Shown here: positions 28,980-43,339 of the stretch, piece after piece
Numbering within the stretch: position 1 is the first letter of the stretch
Layout: every line of letters begins with the position of its first letter
NCBI GenBank assembly: GCA_009103225.1
Contig: RHPI01002264.1
Coordinates: 176,779-240,778 of the forward strand
Origin: Chlorokybus atmophyticus
Lineage: Eukaryota > Plantae > Mesostigma and Chlorokybus algae
Reading direction: 5' to 3'
Length of the DNA: 64,000 nucleotides
Position numbers and translations under genes: made by a program
The notes under the pieces: generated by a model
What the model saw: the letters and a program-made list of their open reading frames with translations, nothing else
Told to the model about the DNA's origin: nothing
Databases searched by the model: none

Positions 28980-29379
28980 TTTGACTAAGTGGGTAGGGTC
29001 CCCGAGACAGACGCCGGCAATGAGCACGACCGCTTGCTGAGGGACCCCGACGACGCCGCCGACACCGCCAAAGAGGACAACATGGAGGCCGCCCACAACC
29101 CTAATACTCCACTGGCGGCCGGGCAAGCCCTAAACTGTTGATATCACGCATCCAACCGCTAATAAGGATCCTGATGTCTCCTGAGCCCGAATCGAACGGC
29201 GAGTGGACAAGATTTTACGTTGATATCTTGGTCAGCTGCTTGATTTCGGCAAACTTAGGGTTTGTGAGAAATTAGGGCTCTGTTCTGGCCATTGGTATTG
29301 TCGTCCTCTTTGATTGTGTAGGCGGCGTCGTGGCTGCTTGGTTGGGTTTGGGGGGGCGGGGGGGGGAGGAGGTGACAGG
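28980..29379. promoter_or_regulatory. Shared ~400-bp divergent promoter/5' region of RPS20 and the MCRS1-like gene, with telo-box motifs
   Basis: Start codons at 28979(-) and 29380(+). TTAGGGTTT at 29255-29263, AACCCTAA at 29097-29104, GCCCTAAA at 29127-29134, TTAGGGCT at 29272-29279. Confidence 0.65.
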
Positions 29380-32595
<3,216 letters not shown>

Positions 32596-33035
32596 CGCAC
32601 TGTATATTGCAGCAGTGGCTCAGCTAGTTGTACAGCTATTGTTTGTCTATGTAAACACAATGATTGCTTTCAATTGTTGTGGTGTTGCACGGTGTGAACT
32701 GGTGCTGCTTTCACAAGGCTGGATTTTCTGGACCCGCACCAAAGGTATCAACATCGTTTTGTGCACTTCTTTGTGTGCCGGGTACGCTTATAGGGTTGTG
32801 ATTGTGATTGCTTCATGACCCAGCAATCAAGGTTGGCCATGTCAAGCCTGCCTTGTCTACTTCAGTGCATCTAATGCAAGCACACTTGCTCTATTTGCAC
32901 TGTGTGGCATGCCTCATGAATCACAAGTATGCGGGCGTGGGCACAGCAGTATGCACTGGCCTATGTTGGATGTGCCCTTTTACACCCAACAACACATTAA
33001 AATAATTGGTCCAACACCAACTCTACAGACAAGAC

Positions 33036-36000
33036 TCAACTGACTGCACTGTCCTCCACATCCTCCTTGTGCCCGCCTCCTCTTTCGCTCTCAACAACCG
33101 CATGCTGTGAAGCGCCTTCAGCCGCGGGCACAACAACAGGACTATTGATACCAGCCACTTCGTCATTCTGCTCAATGGGAGGGCTCGCTGGGGCACACGT
33201 AAGCTCTGGTCGTCGTTGTTGTTGTTGTTGTTGTTGTCGTCCTCGCTGACCCACGCACTTCTTCTGCTTCTTGGCTGCATCCTCCTCCTTGCGCACATCC
33301 GCGAGGGCCTTCTCAAACACAACAAGGAACTCCTTGAACGTGCGAAAGATGGCGGGTGGTTTGTCATCCGAGTACTCGTCACCAAAGTACTCGGCCACAC
33401 TTTTCAGCTCCTTGTTGGAGGCAGCCGCAACATCCCGTAACGTGGCCAACCTCTCTTCTGCTCTCTCAGAAAAAGCCACCATAACATCCCTGAACGTGTC
33501 GTGCTTGTGGGACTCTGCATCGATCACAACCGAGGCGTGGAGTATCTCCTCCTTCACGCGGCCCAGGGCAGCCACAAGCTCGGCCATCGACGCACGGGTG
33601 CCCTCAACGTGCACACCCGCAGCAGCCTTCACAGGAGCCAACTCATCACCAAGCAATGCCACTTGCCCAACAGATGTCTTGTTGTTGCAAGTGTTGTTGC
33701 TGTTGTTGTTGTTGTTGCTGTCGCCGTTGCCGTTGTTGGTGTTGGCAATGGTGCTGGCGTTGTTGCTGCTGGTGTTGGTGTCATTGTTGTCGTGGTGGTG
33801 GTGGTTGGGCTGGCTTTTCTCCTTCTCCTCGTTGTCTCGGGACACTAGTTCACGTACAACAAAGTGCAGAAGTGATGTCTTCCTGTCCACGCCTTTGACG
33901 TCCATGAGTTTGAGTAGCGAGTCTAGTTTGAACCCCGCTGCGTGTCCACGCTGCGCGTGTCCCGCATTCAGGTGGTTCCCGACGGCAAGGACCGCTTCGA
34001 GCACACGTACGAGAGCCCCACTCGACCTGAGAGCCTTGCATGCTGCCCGCAATGCAACATACTCACCCTCTACACGCTGCACGGCCCCGTCAAACTGCCT
34101 CCTGAACACGAGACACTCTATACGTTGCTCCAAGCGTGGAACACACATTATCTCAAGGAAGTATCTCTCAACGGTGCCGAGCCGAGTTGGCTCACCCTCA
34201 TAAGCGCGCAACATAGCCACCTCATGTTGGGTCGGGACGGCACGTTGGAGTGTTTGCAGGTGTTCTGTTGCGAGGGCGCTGTCGTCCATGTCAAGAAGAG
34301 CAGACTTAATAGCGGGGAAAGGCACACGTATCCCTGAGAGTTGTATGCTTATGTTGTGCGCGCGCTTCGTGTCGATCAACCTCACCACCTCGCTCGCACG
34401 CCTCGACACACGCCGTGCAAACGGGTCCACATATGCATCGTCTTGAAGGGCAAATAGACTCTCCAAGGCTGCAAAGTCCACATTGGCGTTATTATTGTTG
34501 ACTGCACCCCACACGGTCGAACCCAACTTGGCCTGAGCTGCATTGAGCTTCTGCCAGTGGAGTTGCTTTAGTCTCAACCGCGCACTCCCACTCTCCTCAT
34601 CCTTGTTGTTGTTGTTGTCTTCAGGCCTCTTTGTCTTGATAGTGAGGCCCGGAGGTGGCGGCGGGGGTGGTGGAGGCGGCACGCCTTTCTTACCCAACAA
34701 CATTGGTGGAGGAGGAGGAGGAGGTGGAGGTGGGGGCGGAGGGACCTTCTGCAACAAGCTTGTTGGTGGGGGAGGAGNNNNNNNNNNNNNNNNNNNNNNN
34801 NNNNNNNNNNNNNNNNNNNNNNNNNNNNNNNNNNNNNNNNNNNNNNNNNNNNNNNNNNNNNNNNNNNNNNNNNNNNNNNNNNNNNNNNNNNNNNNNNNNN
34901 NNNNNNNNNNNNNNNNNNNNNNNNNNNNNNNNNNNNNNNNNNNNNNNNNNNNNNNNNNNNNNNNNNNNNGTGGGGGTGGGGGTGTGTCGGTGTCGGTGGT
35001 GTGGGTGCGAAGGAGGGATGCGAGCTCGTTTGCAAGGGGTGATGTGGCTGAGTCTAGTGATGTTGTTGGGTGTGTTGATGATGGCCGAGTCGAAGAGTGC
35101 GAGTTGTCCCAATACGGGCTGCCGCTTCTATCAGCTGCACGCCAGTTATCAGGCAGGAGAGAGTCTGATATCGAACCCCCAGCACGTGAGTGTGTGGACA
35201 TGTGTGTGGATGACCACATCTCCGCCAATGACGCTGAGTATGTGTTTCGCTCAGGACTTGTGGCCACGTTGTTGGCGTGCGGGCCATAAGCGTATCGGCG
35301 AATGCCTTCTCGCGCAGGCGACAACGGTGATGTGGCCATGTCAATAGAAGAAAACCCAACACTCAACCCAACATTCATCATCCCCTCTTCATCCCGCTCG
35401 GGTCCCGTCCACGAGTCGTGTAAAGGGGGTGTTCCAACATCTTCTTCTCCCACTCTTTCGCGTGAGAGCCGGCGGTTCCTCAAAGCTCCAGCTGAGAGTG
35501 GTTTGAGTTGTGTGTGGGGTGTCCTCACGCCCTCGGACCCCGTTGGTGTTGTTGTCACGCTCACGCTCCCGCCCCCATCACTCAACTCGCTAAAGGAGAA
35601 GGACAAAGAGTGTGCATGTGCGCCACGTGACGTGCGCGGGGGAGATAGCGTGCTCGCCATGCTGAAAACGGAGGGTGAGAGTGTTGTGGCTGTTGTGGTT
35701 GTGGACATTATGCCCGGCGAGTACGCGTCACTCGTTGTGGCGGCGGCGTCAGGCAACATGCTGTTGTTGTTGTTGTTATTGTGTCGGAGGTATGGGCTTG
35801 TGGATGTAGGGTACCTCAATGTGGACCCGTCGGGAGACGTCTGTGGGGAGGACTTTGACCCGCCTCTCGGCGCTATCGTTGTCAACACGCTCTCTATCAA
35901 CGACACCGAGGATGTGCCTTCACCACTCTGTCCTCTTGCATCAGCTGCGCTGCACAAATTATGTCCATCCTGTGCCGACACAACAACACCACCTGTTCCT

Positions 36001-39000
36001 CCTTCTCCTCCTCCTACCCCACCTTGGCTGAGCCTCGAGCTCTTTTGCCTCCTCAGCCGGCGATCGCGCGAAGGAGGGGGAGAAGAAGATGTTGTTGGGA
36101 TGTTGCTCTCGCTGCTCGCGTACGTGCCGGGACTTGTCCTCGCGCTGCGCGGGTGATGGTGCGCGTGCGAGCGTGAGTGTTGTTGTTGTTGGGTTGTTGT
36201 TGATGATGATCTGATTGCGGGGTCGCTGTGATATTCTTCCCCCATCACTTCTGCTGCCAACTGAGCGAGATAGCTGCTGCCCGAGCTCGTGCGCGTGAGC
36301 GTGTGTGTTTGTGAGTGTGTGGGTATGTTGGTGTAGTTGGGCAGGGGAGGGGACGCTGCGTGCGCGTGTGAGTTTGTTTGTATGTGCGGGTGAGAGGATG
36401 TTGTTGTTGTTGTTGATGTGGCCACCTTGTTGCCGCGTGACTCAGCTTGCCGGCGCTGGCGCATCGAGTCGGCTTCTCTCAGCAACGTGGACATGTCAAG
36501 GCTCAACAGCGAAGGTGAAGAGGACGTGAACGCTGTGGCAGGTCCGACATGTTGTTGTTGGTACCATGACGGTGAGTTGGGCTGTGATGCTGCTGTTGTT
36601 GTCACAACAGCAGCAGGAGGACTCCTCGTGTATGGGTGCGGCTCATTCCACGTGCGGGTGCGTAGTGTGTTCCCGTCGTTAAACTGCTCACTGTAGGCCT
36701 CACTCACGCCGTATGCGAGGGAGCGAATGCCTTGCGCATGTGACGGCGAGTCCACATATTGTTGATATTGTGGCGTGGAGTGATACGAGGAGGTGGATGA
36801 CGCTGATGAAGGCCGCCTCGCAGGCACGTTGATGAAAGTGTTGGGATCCGCATCGTCAATGATGTCATCGACAACGCCCTCAGCACCCGCAGCACCCCAC
36901 GCAGACAGCGCGTGGCGCACGAGGCTGTCTGTTGATAATACGTTGTCGATATCTGCGCCACCGCCCCTGCGATCACGGATATATCGCTGCCACGGTGGCG
37001 TCCCACTCCCGCCTTTTCTAGTCTCGGAGCTGTTGCTGCTTCGCCTCCTTTGTTGTTGGGATGACGTTGAAGGCACTGACTTGCTGCCTCTTTCAAACTC
37101 CTCCCATGTGGGTATGTGTCTCTCTTTCCTTCTCCCAACATGCTTAAAGTCCACACCATCGTCCTCATCAACATCATCATCATCAGTGTCCTCCCTATGC
37201 ACATACCCACTGTTGCCCGCGCCAAAGTAGAAGCGCATGTCCGGCGTGTAAGGTGATCCGTAAGGGGACCCGCCAACACTATGCCCTCGCTTCTTTCTCC
37301 CCGCGCTCTCTCCTCCTCTTCTATCTTCATGTGATGGTGGTGTCGATGTGGTCAATGACATCCCAACATGTGCGCTGCTCAACCGGCGCAAGAAAGCCTC
37401 AATCACAGCGTGCTCAGACTCGGGCGTGAGGATGGAGTTGCTACTGTTGTTGTGGGTGGGAGAAGTGTGGGCTTTGAGACGGGTGTTGTTGCTGTGGGAG
37501 TCGTTGGTGTGGGTGTTGCGTTGGTGTGTGCCAAGCATGGGACTCGCAGGCTCAGATTTGGCGGGTCGAAGGCGATTAATAGCGCGGTCGATAGGTCTCT
37601 CCTCCTCTTCTTCCTCCTCCTCCTCCTCCTCCTCCTCCTCACACTCATTGTGTCGAGTGTACACGCTGTTGTACGACGATGTGTGCACAAGCCCACCTCT
37701 TCGCTCGCTTGCGTGCATGCTGGGACTCGACCCGCTCGCACGCCGCTGTGGCCTGTTGTTGTTGCTACTGGTTGTTGTTGGGTTGTTGTTCGTGTTGTTG
37801 GTGTTGGTGTTGGAGCGGGTGCGCACGCGGGACGGCCCATCCCTTCCATGCATGGGTGAAGATGTTGCTGAGGATGAGTATGAGGTCTCCCCGTACGCGC
37901 TCGAAGCTCTCCTCACCTCATCAATAGTAGCTTCGTTGCTGCCAGCCACATCCCACGTGGCGTCCTCGCGAGCGTGTTTTCCGTACGCTGCGGGACTCCC
38001 GCGTGTGGGCGTGCGTGTCCTCGCGGGTGCTTTACTGCTGCTGCCAACATTACTACTACTCGCTCCCCCCGACACAACAATGCCGCTATTGCCACTCCCT
38101 CTGCTACTACTCCCCGCCTCACCCTTGCGCAAGATGAGATAGTCTCTCTCAGCTACAAGGGCAAGTACAATGGCTGTCATGTGGGGTAGGTTGTGCGCGT
38201 CCCCGCTGTTGTTGTTGTTGTTGGAGGAGGCGCGTAAGAGGGCAGGAGCGAGGGCGGCGGCGCGGGCGGAGGCGGCCGCGGGCGTGTTGTTGGAACTCGC
38301 ACCCGCCCTCGTGGACGCCAAAGCAGCCAACAGAGACAACACGGACTTGAGCATCGCGCAGTTGGCGGCGGGAAGACGGTCAAGAAGCAGACGCAACACG
38401 TACAGACGAGACCGGTAGTCTTGTATCTCTGCAATACGGAGTGTGAGTGTGTGTGCAAATGCGTGTGCACTACGTGCATGCGTGTGTGTGTGTGTGCCTG
38501 AGTGTGCGCGTGCATGTGTGTGCGTGCATGCATGCGCGCGTGCACATGTGCATCTGTGCTACACCTAAATGTCGTTGCATACTGCATATGTGCGCGCGTG
38601 TGTGTGCATGTGTATGTGCATGCACACACGTGTGCATGCGTGCGCACCCACACAAGCATGTGCATACGCTTGTGTGCACCGACACACATACACACACACA
38701 CACACACACTCACACTCACTTGCAAGCAAATAAATATATTCGCCACTCGCTACTTACTAATGGCGGCGATGAAGGCTTCATATAGTTTGGATGTAAGGAG
38801 CGGGTCATCGAGTGACTGGAGCGCGTCCACGAGGGCAGCTGCGACGGCGTGCGCGTTGAGGCGCGGCCATTGCAAAGAAGAGGAGTTGTTGGAAGAGGAG
38901 TCTCCATTAACTCTTGAAGCTGATGAAGGGGGAGAAGGCAGAGAAAGAAGCGCCTCTCTCGCACCCGACACCTCGTCTTGCGATGCCCTCGATGTGAACA

Positions 39001-39755
39001 AACCCTCCACCGCAAGCGCTGCGCATAGTTGATGTTAACAACAGGTTGGTAAACGATGGTGATGGTGTTGTTGACGATGGTGATATTATTGGTGTTGGTG
39101 ATGGTAAAGGTTGGTAGTATGGTTGTCGTTGTTGCAATTGTTGGTGATGCTGCTGCTGCTGCTGATGATGATGATGATGGTTCAGAAGTTTGGAATAGCG
39201 GATCTATGTTGGTCAACTCAAAGCCAAAAGCACAATAGACCGACTCAGTGCACAACACTGGGTGGTTCTGTTGTGCTATTGGCCTTCGAAGACACAATTA
39301 TGAATCTGCTGCTTCAAACTGCTTGAAGGCCAAAAGCACAACAGAACCATCAAGTATTGTGCACTAGGTGGTTCTGCTGTGCTCTTTGCCTTCACTAACC
39401 TCCCATCAACCGTTGCGCTTCAAAACGCACAGTGTGTGTCTCATGCCTCGCGCACAGTGAATTACGGATCCATCCTTCAGGTTTAGAAGCAGACGTTCAT
39501 CAACCACATACAAGAAACCATTCCTCGTCTGACCCAACCTGCCGTTGACTGACTATATATAAATGAGACGCATCAGCTGTCACATGTGTTTGGCGTTCAT
39601 TTCAGGCAGTTCTGTAACATACTAGACTTGGTTATCAGCCTACCCCTGGCCTCGAGATAAGCCGCAGCGTTGCGCACGCAAGTTTCAGCCCTGGCCCGCC
39701 TCTCGCCGCCATCCTGCTGCTTGCCGCCTTTGCGAGGGGGGATCGCCCCGTACAT
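33036..39755 (-). CDS. Class III formin: N-terminal RhoGAP-like domain, long low-complexity linker, polyproline FH1 (partly in an N gap) and FH2; exons 39755-39644, 39018-38758, 38428-33036
   Basis: Spliced N-terminus: MYGAIPP..CVRNAAAYLEARA|LAVEGLFTS..HAVAAALVDALQSLDDPLLTSKLYEAFIAAI|KIQDYRSRLYVLRLLLDRLPAANCAMLKSVL. FH2: LKQLHWQKL..GSTVW, LESLF, LIDTKRAHNISIQLS, ERYFLEIMCVPRLEQRI, VLEAVLAVGNHLN, GFKLDSLLKLMDVK, SLLHFVV, VAEYFGD, FKEFLVVF. Confidence 0.92.
39220..39393. repeat. Two related ~70-nt foldback units in tandem within formin intron 1
   Basis: Unit 2 (39325-39393): GAAGGCCAAAAGCACAACAGAACC pairs with GGTTCTGCTGTGCTCTTTGCCTTC (21/24 Watson-Crick). Unit 1 (39220-39287) has near-identical arms. 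Confidence 0.8.
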
Positions 39756-42700
39756 CAGCGGCAATCTGAGGAGGGAGGGAGGGAGGGATAGGGTGTCTCC
39801 TCCCCCTCCCCCTCTGCCGCCGCCGCCGCCGCGGCGTCGTTAGGGTTGTGGTCGTCGGCGTCGTCGGTGTTGGCGGTGTCGGTGTCGGCGTTGATGCGAC
39901 GTTCCGCTCACGTGACCGGTTGCGGAGCAGCGGCATCGTCGACTGTCGGTGATGGCTGTTACCCCATGACCGCAGCGCAAGACAATACAGAACACAGTGT
40001 CACAGACGTATCTTGAATAGAAGTTTTGTTGAGCGACAGGCCTAAGCACACAGTCGCTCATGTTTGCAAAGAAAATAAATAAAAGAATAAATTGAAAAAA
40101 ACAGACATTTTGTCAGATCATGCATTAGTAATAATAAAGGACTTGTTAGCGTAATATTATCAACACACAGAAAGAGAGAGAGAGAGAGAGAGAGTTACCG
40201 TGTACCAATCTGCATACAAAGCATAATTCAAATCGTTTGAATATAACTGTGCAATAACGATTGTATGATATTACATCTATAACACTTAAAGAGATACACA
40301 TATATATACATATACACATATAAGTATATAATATATTGCATTAGTATGATGCGTTTAACATTTAGCCAACAAGTTTACTCTTGGATTTGTTTTATGTTAA
40401 GATTAATGTTCATAAAACTTGAAATGCATAACGCACAATTCAATAACTATTAGTGCAGCTGTAGTATGCAAATGAAGGTATCAAGGCGCAATCATTAAAC
40501 TCTTAAGACTTATGGAGTAAGGGTTACTTTATGTTACTTTATGTCAACAATACGATTGTAGGAGATGTAAACATTCTTAAGCTTGTGTTTGTATGTTGAT
40601 AGATGGTATGCTGGTCATAATACGATCAACCTTAATCAACTTTAAGTGTAAGCCATGTTATTGTCATGCCGAACGGAGTCGAGGGTCACGCTATCTCGAG
40701 CAGGTTGCAGGAGACGACCTGCGTGTCGGATATGCCGTTGCTACGCGTTGAAATGAACTATTGCTAAGCAACACATGCAAAAGACAACCCCTCATATATG
40801 AGCACAGACTTGGACTAAGGCGGTGCAATGAGCAGAGCAGTAAATGAGCTAATGATACTCCCCACCCAAATGCACATGTTGTGTTACAATGGACACAGTT
40901 TGCAAGCCCCTGCGTAACGCGCCAGAGTCAACAGCCACTACTACGCTGATTACACGGTCCCTTGCATGAGTGGAAGATGTACTATACTTAATACAGGCTG
41001 TTAAATGAAGCGAATGAGCACTCAATTCGCGGATGCTGTGTTCTGACTAATACAAGCAAGCACTCCGCAGCTAAACAACCACCAGCTCACATCGATGACA
41101 AGCACAGTGCACAAGAGCATGCACAGTCTCTTACGTGAGTCTCTCACGTGTGCACACGGTGAGGGCATCGGCAACCGGGACAGCATGTTCGCAGTTTAAG
41201 TCTCTTCACAAGCTTTGAATTCCAAGTCTTAGAGGTCTCAGAGTTTCTCACTCACAGTGTCACCAGCTTATCTGGTGAACACTACGACTACTTACACGAA
41301 TCAAATTATGATTGTTTGGAACATAAACTAACGGTCATATTGAGGCTATTTCCAAAGAAACCCCCAACTCAATATTGATTACTGCTTATCAATAATCATA
41401 AACTTGATGAGCTATGCGCTGTAGCTGTTCAAGTACCCATGTAGTGTACCACTGTGCTCATTGGGATCCAATCATTGCAACTCATGCAATCAAGCATAAT
41501 TATATGACTCATGCTCATTATGCATGTGCATGGACCGTTTATAGGTGAACCATACACAAATCGTGTGCACAAGTCCGCACAATGTAGACACCTGTCTACC
41601 ATGCAAACACATGCACAATGCTCCCTTAATATACAGGGAGATGTGCACTGATAGAGGGAGGCTGAGGAACATGCTCCCTTGGGCTCTGGAACGTTCAGAG
41701 CTTTATGGTGCAGCTTGTAGCAGACCCTGGAGCATCCACAACCGTGTCAACATCGCATGGCAGCTCTTACTCAGCTCCCACACCTCTCAAACAAGCACCC
41801 ACTCAACAAAGAGCGGGGGAAGGCACCTTTAACAGTACCAAGTACCCCACTCAAGAGGTAAGTAAAACCTGATTAATGCTCAGCCAAGGCGTGCCAGCGC
41901 CACCCTCAACGTCCTAAACCACAGTTGTTACCGCCGTGAGCATGCCAACATACTTCAAGCCGCTAGCAGGCAGCCCGAGCGATGAAACCCTTTCTTAACA
42001 CTAGGGATGCAGATAAATGTACATTTATCTTATCTGCTGGGCATTGCTATCAAAACTGCAAACCTTCACATTTTAAGCTAAAATGTTATGCACACATTGG
42101 TAACATTGTAAGCAACTGGTGTGCGAAATTTCAACTCGATCGGTCACTTGTGTTACAAATCACACCTTGGTAAGCAACCAAAATGGTAAAAGTCACTTTA
42201 CACTTTTGTGTGCAGTTATGCAAGGGCCTTTAAAGCGTCCTTACGGCTGCATTTGTAGAGATTCCGCGGCAATTATGAGCTCGTTGGATAGCTCTCGTTA
42301 AGTAGAACAACTTTCATTGGTAGCTTGTTACAAGAGTCCTTCTCTATAGAGTGTATTTCTTACCTGAGTAAACCCGACGGGTCCCTCGGATACGATCAGC
42401 AAACCCTAATCACAGTGTTAAACATTAGAATGTTTCAATTTTAAACCACTGCGCCGATTGCAACGCGGTTACTTTTCCTCGACACGCCGAGAGCTATTCA
42501 ACGATATGTCACATAACGCATTGTCGCACCACCACCGGCCAAGAAAGATGTGATAAGGAGGGCAATTTGAATGTACACTTGAGGGTACATCCCTAGTGTA
42601 ATGCCTTCCCACTTGGCCACACGTTTGCCTCAAAGGGCATATGGCCTGTGGGGACATGTGTTGACCATTCGCTTGACGTCAAGCACTGCACAGTGCTTGA

Positions 42701-43339
42701 ACGGTCATGGCAACGTGCCAGACATGTGATGTGACTCACCTTGTGAGGTCACACCATGCCATATGCCACACAAGTCACATTGTTGCTCATGCTTGATGTG
42801 ACATGCAGCTGCACTTCACATGTATACACTTACTTGCTTGCTTACAAGCATGTGCACCCAATGCACGTGCATGATGTGAACCATGCATCACACTACTTGT
42901 GACACACTTGCATAAACACTAGACTTCTGCGTGTGAGCGCTCACAACATGTGGCGCTTCATTGTTGTATACAACAGCAGTACACTACACAGTACTGTTTT
43001 TGACCCTTGCCACAACATGTGACAGTATCTCACATCATAAATAACACATGCTAACATTAACCAGCTCCAAGCTGAGTCTGTGCTACCTGCTTATCAATGC
43101 CTTGCACAGTTCATCATGCAAAAGGCTTATCAGCTCAAGGACTAAGTGAATGAGAGAACCACTTGGGTACTGCACACACCTTAAAAGTTCAACTCCCATA
43201 CAATCATGATGTCATATGTCGCAACATAGCAGCTGAGAGTGGTAAAGCCTTGCCTGTTAGGCGTGACATGTAGACTACGGTCATAACCCGATTGTAAGTC
43301 TTGAGCTACCTACTGTTTGGTCATGCGCGCGGGTCTTAT

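Noticed and set aside
42050-42560. Possible Kolobok-like terminus (...GGGCCT|TTAA) and MITE-like motifs TGTGCGAAATTTCAACTCGATCGG and GAGAGCTATTCAACGATATGTCACAT
   Set aside because: No partner TIR or transposase found, so boundaries cannot be supported.
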